Assembly (NCBI GenBank): GCA_002633005.1
Contig: NMRA01000018.1
Span: forward strand, 1,572,814 to 1,636,813
Length of the DNA stretch: 64,000 bases
Reading direction: 5' to 3'
From: Phoronis australis
Taxonomy: Eukaryota; Animalia; Phoronida
How positions within the stretch are numbered: the first letter of the stretch is position 1; each line of letters begins with the position of its first letter. A model generated the notes under the pieces. The model searched no databases and was not told the origin of the DNA. It saw only the letters and a program-made list of their open reading frames with translations. The translations under genes were made by a program, and so were the position numbers. Positions 1 to 13,848 of this stretch are shown here, one piece after another.

Positions 1-98
1 CGCAACTAGAAAAGATGTAATCCGAAAAGGCGCATGCACAATTTTCTGTGATTCATATTTCTTGAACATGAATTTTAAGCAACGATTTGTCTGTACAA

Positions 99-141
99 CA
101 TGGGCGGCGCACCCCCCCCCACTTTTTCAGTGCCGCCCATG
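99..141. mobile_element. 43-bp mini hAT-like element
   Basis: TIR CATGGGCGGC / GCCGCCCATG flanked by the direct repeat TACAA. Confidence 0.6.
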
Positions 142-1649
142 TACAACAGACCACACTTACATGTACACTCTTTCCATCAGTCTTACCAGATTATTTGCGT
201 AAAGCGCTACCTGTTGACAATTCGACCAGCCAGTCAGAACGCCGGTGTAAAAAAAAGTTCCTGAGGAAAATTAACTGATACCAGCGTGCTTGCTACCACC
301 TACCGGCACGCAAGGAACCAGCAAGATCTTCAGGACGGATTAATGGACCAATCCGAAAGAAGGGAAAAGGCGGGTATACAGTGTAAGTGAGACAAGCCCA
401 TATTTATCGCGATTCCGATCTGAGTACAGAATCATATATATTGACCACGCGATGTTCCGCTTGGCCATTTCCAGTCATGTTCCATACAACTGTACCTCTC
501 TGTTAGTGACTCTCCTTGGGTCGTTCTGTTATTTTGCCTTCCAGCCTGCGATATGTTCACAACTATCAAGATATACGGATCCACATGGTAACATCTCAGT
601 TCATCCTCCTGCAAACATTTAATAATTATCTTCACAACTAAAAGCATTTTACTTGCAATCTGATAAAAATTATAATTTTAGAAACTCAAAAGCAACAAGA
701 GCGCCAGAACATGAATAGTAGGAAAAATTCATATACTTCGTATCGTACCAACCTACCTGCCTATCCAAAATCTCAGAGAACTGAAGATGTTATGAATTGA
801 ACACATTTAAAGGCGCGTATTTACATCATTGACAATAACTATTTTCCACGACCAATTGAGCAAAACAGTATAACTGTAATCTTCAAAAAAAAACAAAAAT
901 GACAGTTTTATGGTAAAGTACCAGAGTACGTGCTCAAACACGGCCGAACAAAAGGTAGGATCTGAATAATGTATCGTTTTCAGCAGTTTGGTCTTCCTAA
1001 ATGAAAATATATTTCAGGAAAATGGGGGAAAACTGAAATTGAAGCTAGAACTATGCTACTAAGTGAGACTTGACATTTTGCTTTCAAATCTGATAATTAT
1101 TTTCAGCACTATTTTGAACTCACAGTGACCATAGAGATAATAGTCTATTACTTGGTTTCGCAGTTGGCGTTTATGCTGTATATTGTTTTTTTCGTTAAAT
1201 ATTTAATGGTCACTTTCCGAGGATACCCTCGAGGCCAAACGAAACCCGCTCTCAGCTAGATGTGTTGAGCTAATCTCTTTATAAAGCGACTTGTCTTTCA
1301 GTTTACTATTTTACTCGATATCACGAATAGTTGCAGTGGAAAAAATAACATGATGATATCATTGAGAATTAGGTAAATGTCTACCAATTTTTACATTGCA
1401 CTTCAAGTAGGCTTTTAATCGTGTTCTCTCTCCATGCATAATGTAACTATAACCAATTGATTACGTTTTCATGGTCTGACCAAAAATATACCGACACCGC
1501 CAACGTTTGATTCAGAAGGTAAGCGCGCAGCTTGTACATAATCTTTAATTACTTGTACTGTTTCCGAGAATTAAACTTACATTCAATGGACTTGCAAAAA
1601 ACAAATCTCAGCTCTGAATTATTTTCTTGCCCGACGCATGACCGTTAGG

Positions 1650-2011
1650 TAGCGTTGGCCAGTGGGTGAACGGTACGCACGTAATTACGTCCGTAAATTT
1701 ATTTTTGTTATTTACGGCATAAAGTAATTACTTTTCGCCGCACACAATTACTCTGGGCATCTAAGTAATTTCTATACGCCTGTAACAAGAATTAATTTAC
1801 ATTTGAAGTTTAAAGTATTTATTTGCGGCGTTTCAAATACTTTACTACGCAAATAATAGTTTATGCCGTTAAATGAATACTTTAAGCCGCATATAATTAC
1901 TTTACGCAGCTAAAAGTTACTTTACGCAGCAAAAATACTTTACGCCTCTAACAGGAATCAACTTTCTCACGTAATGTACGTGCGTAACGTTCACTCATTT
2001 GGCCAACGGTA
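1650..2011. mobile_element. MITE (possibly IS3EU-like)
   Basis: ~34-bp imperfect TIRs starting TA; internal tactttacgc repeats; near-TSD gttagg/gttacg; absent at the paralogous site ~32720. Confidence 0.65.
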
Positions 2012-3545
2012 GTTACGCCACGCCCATCACTTTTGAAAACTTAACGACAGAGTGGCAGAATCGTTGAGGTCATTCAGGGCCGTAGAAAATTTGACTTATT
2101 TCGGAACATGTTATCTCAGAAATTGCTCACCGGATTCCTATGAAACTTTAAGATGCTATGCTGTATGCATTCTCCTCTATTTTGTCGGAATTAGTGTTGA
2201 AATGTTCCACTTTTCAATTGCAGAAATCAAAAAGCTTTTGTGATTTTCCTGGGAAAATCAAAAGTTGCCGAAATCGAAAATGTAACGATAATTTTGATAA
2301 CTCTTTCTTCCTTTCCAAAAATGATAGAACGATGAGAAAGTGCTCTGAATAGTAACGAGTAAATACGTACGCCAATAAGAGAAAAAAAGGTTCCAGTCAA
2401 ACACTTAACTAATGTTATGTAATCAACAAGTGCCCTAGCACTGTTCATTGTATCTGTGCGGGTAGGTTTCCTTTCCCTCACGCGTCTGTCGTCAGGATAA
2501 CCACACAATGCAGTAGATGAGGTATATAAAACTTTCTTTAATATGCGCATGAACCGTTCCGCGAGACCGTTCGCCTCAGGCAGGTGGCGAAATCCAAGTA
2601 ACTTGTCAAATCAGGCAACATCAGCTCTGGAGTTCTGCGCCTTCTGCTGTCACGGGGATGGTCTGGGAAAGGGATTCATGCACCAGCATATCCTCTATGA
2701 TCCTGCCCGTCACAGGTATTACAGGAGGTATTACAGGTATTCGAGGAATTCATTGCTATTAAAAGGAAGTTAATTGTCAGATTTCACAATACGCGGAATC
2801 CCATGTTATTAAGTACTGGAGCCACTATTCTAAAAGTTGTCGATCTGATGATTTCCAAAGCTAGGTATCTGGAAAAATCATCCACGATTCGCACCCGAAG
2901 ACCACACCACCAATTTGAACTTACCGCAAACCCGGAAGTACAATTCATTCAGGAACCCAGGCTAAAAAAACGCCGTCAGTGCGACTGGAGCAGTGCCTGT
3001 TACCAGCCTGCAAACGGGGATAAAATAATCGACAGCGCTCCTTAATTTTAATAAAAACAAAATACGGGCAATTTTATAGAATTTGCTGAAGAAATGTGGC
3101 GAATAAATTTTGACAGAAATTATTTTGCCGGACTCGAGACCGCAGCCTATCGGACCCGGTGCGGATCGAGACATTGGCGATCGGTAAAGGCATGCGGTTG
3201 CAAGCTGTTTTGTCGAAGTAAAAGGTTCAAATCATAAATGCCGCATACATATAAACGTAGTTTGAGACACTTGTATAAAATTACGGGCTGGTTAGTCCTG
3301 TGTCACACTGCCGAGGCAGATCTTAGCTAGCCTCTGAGCTACCAGTATGAAGACTATCGTCGAACTACAGCTTGTTAGTATGCATATACACTGTACAGCT
3401 TTGCACCAAGGCTACCCTCAGGCTTACCTGGTCCCTGGCCACAGCGCTCGCTCAAACGAGGTTTATTTAAAACCTGGGGTCTTCTGGCGAACTGTGCAAA
3501 GTTGTTGGCTTTCAACAGAGATTTGCCCAGACTTTGCACGAGCGC

Positions 3546-3565
3546 NNNNNNNNNNNNNNNNNNNN
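3546..3565. other. Assembly gap (20 N)
   Basis: Run of n adjacent to poly-G. Confidence 0.99.
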
Positions 3566-5343
3566 GGGGGGGGGGGGTGCGGGCTAGAATTTTTGGGAAT
3601 GTCTACTTTGTACTATAAGATTCACTGGGTGTGTTCATAGCTATGAATTTTCAGACGCTAAATTTTGGTACTTCCTGTCTTGTGTAGTGGACTTTTGTCT
3701 CATTTTCTACTTTTTTCGGAATTCGTGCTTCTGTGACTGAGGCAGACCTTTTTCCAGTTCTCCAAAAAGGGGGCTCGTTCGAGCACATAAGTATGACAAG
3801 TCCAATACAAAATGTTATCATTTTTTATTCATTAAGCCAAAATGATTCAACCTTTTACCATAATAAGCAACTTAGAATGCACAATACTTTACAACATTTA
3901 AGCATTACAAACACTATCCTGCAGCACAAGTTTCCATGATATGAAAGTGGACATACATGTAACTATTAAAATGGTGGCCGAAAAGTGTATCCTTACACCA
4001 GATTTGACAAACATGATTTAAAAAAATATGAAGATGCAAGGAACAAGAATTGGAGGCTTGAAGCTTCACAATCCAACATAGCTTATTTCTCAAATTAAGA
4101 TTCTTCATATTGTTAACTTGATAACCTGAATTAAGAAAGCAAAAAGTTACAAAACATGATTTGAAAGCAATTGAGACTTAAAATTTAGAAAAATATGAAT
4201 CATTTGTGACACCGAATCAAGTCTCGAACAGCAGTTGACATTCAAACAAAAAACCACTTCAAAATTATTTCAACTATTTTTTGCTTAGAGTAAGATCACC
4301 TGAATGGGAAATTCACAGTAAAATAATTCGAATATATCTTATATTTTTTGTACAAAAACACGAAAAGTGAACACAGTTCCTTTTTAGTAGCAACGTTTGT
4401 CAAAATGTATCAACGTTAAATCTTTACAAATCACAAAGTAACAGGTTGAACATGCCTTTCAGTTCAGCAAAAGTCGCTATGTTGTCTGTGCCGCCAGAAA
4501 TGAGTGCAACGAGAATTGTGAGCACATTTATCACTTAATAAGTAACAACTGCGACGCTGTAATTTGGTGAAAACTGTTAAGTCCTGCAGAATAGTAAGTA
4601 AATATATGTGTCACTAAATTTCACCGTAAACTGTGGGCGAAAACAATTCACACAAAGTTTTAAACTCGTAACTTATCCCGCTGTCCTCCAATATGGCCGA
4701 CGCGATCCAAACAAATTGACCCAAATTTCGCCACAAAATTCCAATAACGTTACACTGCTTGCCCCGATTTTGATACTTTTTCGATTTTTACTGAGTAGAA
4801 TGCATTACCTTTCCGATGATAGCAAAGTACTTTTTCAAAACGAAAAAATAACTTCAAAACGAAAAAAAATTTGGTTCGACTGATATTGGTTCCTACGTTC
4901 GACCGCCCAACATAACAGGAACTAAACACCAATGCTATTTTAACATGATAAACAAAAGCACGCGTAACATTCAAAAAAAATCAACGACCACTAACTACAA
5001 ACTATAAATACACTACACATACAAACGATTCACGAGATATTACTAATAAAACAAAATAATGAAGACTTTTCGAGCACGCGATGGCACATTCAGTTAAAAG
5101 GAAAAAATGGCCGCGTTCAGGACAAGTTCCTGAACTGACGAGTCGGAAATGTGGGTACGGAAATAACCAATGACAACCGGTAATTACATGTATACGCTCA
5201 CAGGGAAGGCTCAAATACTGTTAAAATCGCTTTTGGCAAGAAAAGTGAAAAGAATATAAAGAAAGGGTATCGAAAATAAGATTTTATTTAGTAAGTATTT
5301 TCGGATACTGGAACCACATTGGCATTTTGAGACAAGGACTTAA

Positions 5344-5902
5344 AGTCGTGAACGATCTTATTTCCGCTTCTGCGTGGTCCCGCGACAATGATCTAGCGTT
5401 GAAGTTCCCAGCGTTCGTCTGCTCACGAACGTCAAACGAATACCCGGACGTGTTCATATCCACAATATGAAAATAAACAGTGATGGGTGACTTCTTTTTA
5501 AAAAATGTAGCCTATCTTAAAACAGCATATTTCATTAATCCACTTTTTGTGCATTTTCAGAATATATTTTTGAAACTAAAAATCGTTCAGATTTGCCTAA
5601 CACACGCTCCAGGGGTGGCTTGAGCGATGTATCAAAATGTCCCAGGGTCGATCAAGTTTTGTAAGGCCAAAGCAATAAAATACAGAAAGATAATTGATAC
5701 TGGATTCTTAGCGTTTTACGTAAACAACTTCATTGAAAATGTCTGTGCACATCAAAGTTGGGTGCAAAGGACATAATTTATTTCAATTGAAACTGAATTA
5801 ATAAACAATGCAGTGCGTTTTTATGTTGTCTAGCCTGTAAGTTGTAGTTGATTTGTGTGGTCTTACTTCGTGTATTTCCGTCTAAACGAAACGGTCACGA
5901 CT
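5344..5902. mobile_element. Non-autonomous Kolobok-like element
   Basis: TIR AGTCGTGAACG / CGGTCACGACT, with TTAA on both sides. Confidence 0.6.
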
Positions 5903-6322
5903 TTAAGGCCTCGTGCGAGGCAAAATAGCCGGCGATATCAAAACTCTGCTTACGGAGACAACCAAGGGTTAAGATTGGCAAAACACGTATATTTGTGTAG
6001 GCTGATATATGTCCATGACATCACATGAGCAGTGGCTACCGGACACTGGGTAGTATAACAATCAGCTGCTTTTTATGCTTATATTCACGACTTTTGGTCA
6101 AAGGTGTCTACATGGAGCTGTCCGCAACGATAGCCGATGTGTATAAAATCCACACCATGTTCCTCTCACTGCCCAACATCAGGTATTTTCGGGATATGTA
6201 AAGGTTCTGGGGGTGGGGGTTGTTACTTGTAGCCATTTGACACTCGAATCAATCTTTTACAACAGACTCAGACAGTTCATCTATACTCGTAAATCAAACT
6301 TTGTCTCGCAACAAAGACTTCG

Positions 6323-6413
6323 TCTTCACGAGACTCGGATGATCTTCACGAGACTCGGATGATCTTCACGAAACTCGGATGGTCTTCACGAGACTCGGAT
6401 GATCTTCACGAGA
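6323..6413. repeat. 20-bp minisatellite (tcttcacgagactcggatga) x ~4.5
   Basis: Head-to-tail units with no spacers. Confidence 0.9.
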
Positions 6414-6499
6414 TGGAACATTTCAGGAATGACAACAAAGTATTAACGTGGTGTCACAGTACTAGTAATGAATTTCAGTACACCTGTCACTGTTGAAAA

Positions 6500-7000
6500 A
6501 ACGCCTCTAGATTATTAGCAATCCCAGCAGCCAGTAGCTGACCGTTTTATGACCTCGTGAAAAACCGCATCGTCACGAGCAGCATCGACTACGGCGTCAC
6601 ATGATAGGGCTTTTCGCATAGAATTGTCAACAACCCTTGACGTTCTCCAGAGCGACTTGCACCACAATCCTAACCCATGGTGTGCCCTTTTGGAAACAGG
6701 CAACGCTACACATAGTCAGCAGGTCTAGTTGAACCATTACTGAACTCCACAGTGAAGTCAAAGTTTTGGAACTTCAGGCACCAGTGTTGAATAAAAGCGG
6801 ACGCTTTTGAACCCGGTTTGTTGAATATCGCCAAGTACCGGTTTCTGATCTGTGGCTATGGTGAAATATTTACCAAAGAGATACATTCCCAAATGACAAC
6901 GCCCGAGCCAGTGCCAGCAAAGACTATAGATAGCGACTGCCAACTCCCAATAGAGCGCTTTGAGCATGTCACGGACCAAGGGACATAAGCACTTACGATG
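6500..7000 (-). mobile_element. Gypsy/Ty3 LTR retrotransposon pol relic (RT-RNase H region)
   Basis: YLFGKYFTIATDQKP and WCLKFQNFDFTV resemble the YLxGxxFxxxTDHKPL...RWxLxLQxxDF motif; the downstream segment AARDDAVFHEVIKRSATGCW also fits; frameshifted. Confidence 0.7.
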
Positions 7001-7309
7001 AGAGGGCGCTGCACACGCAGGACAGAAAACTACCGGTTTTACGGAACGGCCGTTCCCTCGTTGCAAGATTTGGTAAAGGAATGAATCGAATTGGTTGATA
7101 TTTTTGAAGTTTATTGACTTGTAAAAATAAAATGCGTATATTGTTCTGTGCCATGCCATTTAAAACATTCACAAGATGATTTAGACATGTTATAAGTTAT
7201 TAACGCCAGAAACGTCTTCAACTGATTTTCCCATGATTACACTTACAGTCGAATCAGCTTATTTTAGGCAGCAAGTAGTATTAGTGTTTGTTTAAATTCA
7301 GTACCGTAC

Positions 7310-8712
7310 GAATCAGCTCATAAACATCTTTTTAAGAAGCTTAAAGCCTATGGAGTCACCGATGTGGAAGCCAAGTGGTTTCAGGATTATCTTGGTAACA
7401 GAACTCAAGCTACCCATGTCGGCAAAGATATCTCTGATCTCAAAACCGTGTTCCCCAGGGGTCTATACTGGGGCTCTTGCTACTTTGCATCTTTGTCAGT
7501 GATCTCCCCTCAGTAAATCGGAATTCTAAGATTGTTTTCTAAGCGGATGACACAACAATACTGTCTGCAGGCAGAACCTCATCTGAAATCCAGGCCAATC
7601 TCAACTCTGATTTAACAATCATTTCAGATTGGCTTCTATCCAATAAACTATCCTTAAATGTTTCTAAACCTAAAACTCTTCTATTTGGCACATCCCAAAG
7701 ACTTAGAAACCAAACCCTGTCATTAACTATGGATGGAAGACCAATTGAGAACGTCAATTCCTTTAAATATCTGGGACTTATATATGATCAAAATCTTACT
7801 TTCTCTCACCACGTTGATTATATCTCGAAAAAGGTGTCTAAGAAAATTGGCGGATTGAAACGCATCAGTAAATGCGTTAAGAGAGCAACACTGAAAACCT
7901 TTTTTAATGCTATCATTCAACCTCACCTAGATTGTTGCCTCCCGGTGTGGGGTGTTGCATCAGGCAAGGATATGAAAACCATCCAGGTTATCCAAAATAG
8001 GGCTGCCCGGATTATTCTGGGAGCTGGTGTTAGAGATATTAGTATCGAAAACCATTATAAAGAGACTGGTATAATGAAAGTCACACAAGACATCAATTCC
8101 TATCTGTTTGTTGTATGTACAAATGTTTTAAAGGTCTTTTCCCATCTTACTTATGTGCTAAGTTTAAGATGACTACTAATCGCTACAATACTAGGTCCTC
8201 ATCATCATCTGATTTCAATCTTCCTAAACGCAGAAGCGAGACTGGGTAAATCATTTTCCTACAGCGGGCCCTTTTTATGGAACTCTCTCCCTGCAGATGC
8301 CAAATCTACATCATCCTTTCTAACCTTTAAAAGAATTATAAGAAATAGATTCAACTCCACGTAGTGTCTAAGAATTGCATGCTTATTTATTTGTTATTTA
8401 TATAATGTCTTACTTTTATCAATTATTTATTGTCTGTTTTGATTTTTTATATTCATATTTATATTTTTTATTTTTTAGTTAATTATCTTGTCTTAATTTC
8501 TTTATCTCTTATTTATCATATTTTATTTTGCTTCATCAGTCTTTTCATGTTAATTTCTTATTCTTTGCTTATTACTTAAATTTGTCTTTCATTTTGTAAT
8601 TCTGTTTTTGTTTTACTATCTGTTTGTTTTTTACTGAGGGCCCCCATGGAAAGCAGTGTGAACTGATGGGGCTACCCTCATTATTGTAAATATTACATAA
8701 ATAAATAAATAA
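7310..8712 (+). mobile_element. 5'-truncated CR1/L2-like LINE (RT C-terminal half, AT-rich 3' UTR, TAAA tail)
   Basis: PQGSILG-like and (Y)ADDTT RT motifs, FKYLGLIYD and QNRAARII; frameshifts and stops; ends in ataaataaataaataa. Confidence 0.85.
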
Positions 8713-10215
8713 GTACAAGTATTAACCAACAAAAATGAATTTTTAACAATATTACACACAGCTTTGAGAGGGCCAAAGGCTCACTGACTGTCAAAAACTT
8801 GCTGTCACTAGTACAGTGTACATGTATCATAGGCCAAAAGTACATTGTAGGGCAACTTCTAAATATATTGATGATTATGCAAAATTGGTTCGATACATGG
8901 CCCTCTTGGGTGCGCCCATGCTGTCAATTAATATAGGAACTGAAATGTGTTGTGTTGGTGACCATCCAAAAAGTTAAATTGAATTTAAAAAATATTCTGT
9001 ACTATTTTAATGAAAATATTTCACCAATTTGGGCCACTTTATGTAATTTAGAGAAGTTTTGACTGGTTCTGATTAATACATTTGACCAATCAAGTTTGAG
9101 TTCAGTTGGAACCCTGGAAAGGTCAACATGGTTCTTGAAAAAAATGACAGAATTTACCTTTTTTGGAAGTGTTCCTCAATGGAAAAGGAGAGATATAGTA
9201 AAACAATTGATGGGGAATGGATTAGGATATTATTAGTGATTGTGACATTGAGTGTACAGTTGCCCATTTGATTATCTGGGACGCACCTGGCACCTTCGAC
9301 CCACGGGATGTTGAGCGACAGCAAACGGCAATTACCGTAAAAAAAAGGATGGTGCAGCCTAGTGGAAAGTCCAAAACAGTGACTTAAAGCTGGAAGTGAA
9401 AGTTGCGAGAGAGACGCACTTGAGTTGCAGTGAAAAGAATCACCAGTTACAGCGTTAGTCAATAGAGAGCAAGCTATGGAGGCAACAGGTTATTGAATCA
9501 ACGAGAGTAACAGTTGCTGAAAGTGTCTCAGAAATTCGTCACAAGTCAAGGTTTCGCAGCACTGGCTGGATCGTAGAAAAGACATTATGTCGGACATTTT
9601 TGAATAGGCTTGTGAACGTACGGTTGATATTAATGAAGTGATTAATTAGAACTAGTTCTCAGTATATCGTCACACCGAAAGCTATTAGCATCAGTCGGTA
9701 ACAACCTGTGCCTACACACGGGGAAAAACGTGACACCTGGCCATATAGGCCATCATGACCAGCTGGAGTTGGGTGGGAAAGGAAGCAATGTTGACCTGCC
9801 CACAGCTAGGGTACGTCCGTCAAGTTGACATGATGGGCGGTGCTAAGTGGGGTTTATGCTATCTTCGCGGTCCCCGGCAACAATGTATCCTTGGTTCAGC
9901 TCATGAAATGGCCCGCCGTGACAACTCAATATTTTTAGCCTGACCAAAATACATCCATTTTTGAAACGCTAAGTAGTCTAAATCAAAAGTTGCTTTTACG
10001 GCGCAGTTTCAATAATTTCTAAATTAAAATGAAAACACAGTTCTAAGATCTACCGCAAGTACACACCCGGCAATGACGGTGACTGTGGTGAAATTCACAT
10101 GGTCTCAATCAAAAGTTTTATTCCTGTACCTTGCGCTAGTTGCCACTTTGTAACAAATACCAACATTCGGCATGTGTGCTTAATTCTAGTAACTGGGTTC
10201 TATTTTTTCTCCCAG

Positions 10216-10379
10216 ATACTGTCATCGATAGCAGAAAGCGTTCTATATTCTACGGATACCCAGAGCTGGTGATGTGCGCTACAGGCATAAACCATTTTTA
10301 AAGGCCATAAGTACTTCGACTACGGCTGTTTCTGCGGTAGAGGCAGTGTTGGATCTACTCCTGTTGATGGACTCGATAG
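10216..10379 (+). pseudogene. sPLA2 copy 1 exon 3 (propeptide end RKR, N-terminal helix, Ca2+-binding loop), frameshifted
   Basis: ctcccag acceptor and gtaaaa donor; reads SRKRSIFYGYPELVMCATGIN then, after a +1 shift, IFKGHKYFDYGCFCGRGSVGSTPVDGLD; 164 nt versus 163 nt in copy 2. Confidence 0.9.
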
Positions 10380-11403
10380 GTAAAATTTTTTTCAGGAATT
10401 CTGAGCATCCGCCGACCGACTCTTCGTAAAATACACAACACGATCTTTTGGTATACATACTGTAAGCTATACAGTAGCCTGACGTCTTCTCGTATAACGC
10501 AGACGGGCGCTTTGTTGTTAAAGTGAATCTAAACACACAATGAAAAACTTTGTTTCCGTCATGTGTTACGTGCCAGTTTTATCATTGCAACTTCTAGCCG
10601 TTTACAATACTTATATAAATCTTATCCCCTGAGTCAAAACTCATTCCAATTCTGCGCTCTCACTATTCATTGAGCCATGTTCCAACTCATTTCAATTCAC
10701 TCCCATCCCCACAAAAAGTGTCGTTTTTGCGCATCTTTCGGCTCATGCACCAAAACTCGCGCAGAAGTTGAACTAACGGGAAGTGTGATTACGAGGGAAC
10801 ATGACAGTGGAGGAATATCGAAGGGGTATCATCACTGACGCTAGGGGTTCATCTTTTGAGGAGCAGTTGGATTGGATAATGTAGAAGCTGGGTCTTTAGG
10901 GGCGAGCCCCTTTTTCCGTCAGTGTTGGAACTATACAATTCTCATAGTTTTATTTTCTTTAAACCAAACTCAAATTAGCATTGCAATGAATATTATCAAT
11001 GATTGACTGCGGGTTTGTTTGAAAGGTAGCTATGCTTTTAGATTGTGTGCAGCTGGAGAGAATGATTAAATACAGTAATTCATTTCTTATATGATAACCA
11101 TTAATTAGACAAGTGAAACTGTTGCTAAGTATTGAGCTACAAAGAAGAGGAACTACGCTAGCGCCCTCTTTAAAGATTACTTCAATCAATGAACCAAAAT
11201 AATCAAATGTCTTATCCGCTATCCAAGCTAGGACTCTCCACTCGTTGCATGACTGTCCTGTTGGTGAAACTTCGAACTACACACAATGTATTGCTGGTCA
11301 CAGTCTCTGGTGAAGCAACCCTTTCAGGCTGTTTCTTCTACCCACGATTCTTCTTGCTGGTCACAGTCTCTGGTGACTCAAGACTTTACACAGTATCTTA
11401 CTA

Positions 11404-12449
11404 TGATAGCAGGTAGCAGCATATATTAATAAAAACAACCACCATCATCAGAATAGAGAATATAGTGGCCACTTAGCTAGGCCCAGCAACAGGCAATGAA
11501 GCACAGATACAGTCAGTTACAGGGAGTGACAAAAACTGGACCAACAATGACAACCTGTGGTGTGCCAATTGCCTATTGAGATTGGGCTTGCACCAACTGA
11601 TGTGTAGAGCCTCACGAATTTTAAGCTCCTTTGTTGTTTCTCCCTGGTCTATTATTGCAAAGTCATTGAAAGAGCACTGCTGATAACAATGATTGGAGCT
11701 CTGTAGGTGAATATTTACATGTGAACTTCTGTCATAGCTTAGATGTTCCCTGGTCCTGATTTTCAAATGGCGAAGAGTTTCACCTATATAATTGGAGCCA
11801 CATCCAGCACAGATATATTTGTACACTACCCTGGACCGTAGACCCATAGGAATTTTGTCCTTGGGGTTAAATAAATACGACAGTTTTAATAACTTGAATG
11901 TTAATACAACTCTTAAGTTAAAACAGTAATCATTCACCAATTTGCTGATTTTTCGTTCAGCAATCTTGGCGTAAAACCCATCATAGGGTACTTTAAAGTA
12001 CTTGTGGTTAGTTTTGTCTACAGGATGAATATCACCAGGGTTAACGTTGGAGTCTTGATTTCAGTACCCTATTGACTAATTCTAGGGGATAGCCATTCTT
12101 TTGCAAATTTGTTGTAAGTTCTTTAATATTAGAATCAAATCTAGCTCAAGTGTTGCTAATGCGATATACCCTATCTATTAGAGTTTTAATGAGACCTACT
12201 TTATAAACAAAGGATGAGGCTCTAAGCATCTAGTGCAAGCCCAATCTCAATAGGCAACTGGCACACCACAGGTTGTCATTGTTGGTATAGTTTGTTGTCA
12301 CTCCCTATAACTGACTGTATCTCTGCTTCACTACTTGTTGTTGGGCCTAGCAAGGTGGCCACTATATTCTCTCTTTTGATCATGGTGTTTGAATAATAAC
12401 ACCGAAACATTTCAAGTCGGTTTAAAACCGTGGTTGTTTTCATTAATTT
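11404..12449 (-). mobile_element. Penelope-like element fragment (GIY-YIG endonuclease) with inverted terminal duplication
   Basis: ORF 11473-11940 VVYKYICAGCGSNYIGETLRHLKIRTREH...IREALHI...PNLN; ~11430-11613 is repeated inverted at ~12214-12400; 10-bp TSD tatcttacta (11394-11403, 12450-12459); empty site in copy 2 at ~39912. Confidence 0.9.
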
Positions 12450-13714
12450 TATCTTACTACCCACGATGCAAGTGACAAGCTTTTAGTTAATTTCCTGTTC
12501 GTTAACCTTTGCCCTTGCCAAGATCCTCTCTAGTATCTTCCACGATATGGTTCTGTTATACAATTGCCTCTGTACACTGTAGCAAGTCTTAATGCTTCGA
12601 CTACTATAGCACATCCAAATATCTTCTTGATTCTAGCCTTTATTATATTATTCTACTTATTTAGCGATTGGCTAATAAAAACCACATGATCTTATCTAAT
12701 CATATCATTGGCTGTTACAATTTGCTCTCAGAAATTTCTAGAATCTCTAGAGTGCTTTGACCCCAGAACCAAAGTAGTAAACACCATTAAAAAATAGATT
12801 TTGACGTTAAAGTACATGTCAACAGGTTTGACCCCATGATCTAAAAGTACATACAATGTATGCACAAATTTTGGGCAACTTAAAATGGATCTATTCTAAC
12901 TAATTACTTAATCAATATTTATTCTGACAAATACAAACATTTAAAATTTGATCATAATCTTTCGGACGGTCGAAACCACAACAAGTGTCAGTTCCTGTAT
13001 TATTTGACAAAACAGTGAAAGTTACTATTCTTTTTAAATTAAAGTGATTACTTTCACACTTTACCAAATACTGCAAATCTTGTATTCATGTACTGCAATT
13101 TGTTGAAAGGTTCTTAACTGACGACATTCTCAGTTTAGCACTACATTTCTATCTTCTACTTTATAAACATCATTTAATTGTTTGAAATAGTAGTTCCACA
13201 TTCCAACACTAGGTGACAACCAGGCTTGAGTAAAAATTTGCATTTTAATGTGAAAAAACAAAAAACTGCGTGTCTTTATGGCTTTTTACAGCCTTAGGAA
13301 ACGCTATTTGTAGTATCGCACCGTACTGACATCAACTCGACTCGGTTAAATTTGGGAGACGCATCTTCAACTTTTGGCTCAAAAATGTATTTTAATGGAT
13401 ATTGGATTTTGATTGGTATAATTTTGAAAGAAGAATTAGTCCTTTTTGGTCCTAATATATGATGGGAATGCTTTCACACCAAATGATTTCTGTCTCCAAA
13501 GTAAATACATATAATGGGACGTGCACTTTTACGAGAAGTTCAGTGTATAAACTTCAAGTAATCGGTCTAAATACAAAGGGTTTTACTACGTGTGCATTGA
13601 CAGATGTATGATGTGTTTCAAATAATTCACATGCTATCTCACTCATTGACCCTTTTCCGACTATTTGTCATTTCTCCGGCGTTGTCTTTATCATGTTTTT
13701 CAAATATGTTATAG

Positions 13715-13848
13715 ATGCTGCTACGTTCATGACCAGTGCTATGATAGAATCGTCCACAACAAGATTTGCGGATTCAATGGAGACGCCACTGGCTTGTACT
13801 TCACGAGATATCACTTCAGTTAATGCCACAATCGCAAGGTTACGTGCA
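13715..13848 (+). pseudogene. sPLA2 copy 1 exon 4 (catalytic His-Asp), premature stop
   Basis: CCYVHDQCYDRIVHNKICGFNGDATGLYFTRYHFS*CHNRKVTC, bounded by ttatag and gtaagt. Confidence 0.9.

Noticed and set aside
6323-6413. CRISPR-like regular repeat
   Set aside because: Units are contiguous with no unique spacers, there are no cas genes, and the context is eukaryotic.
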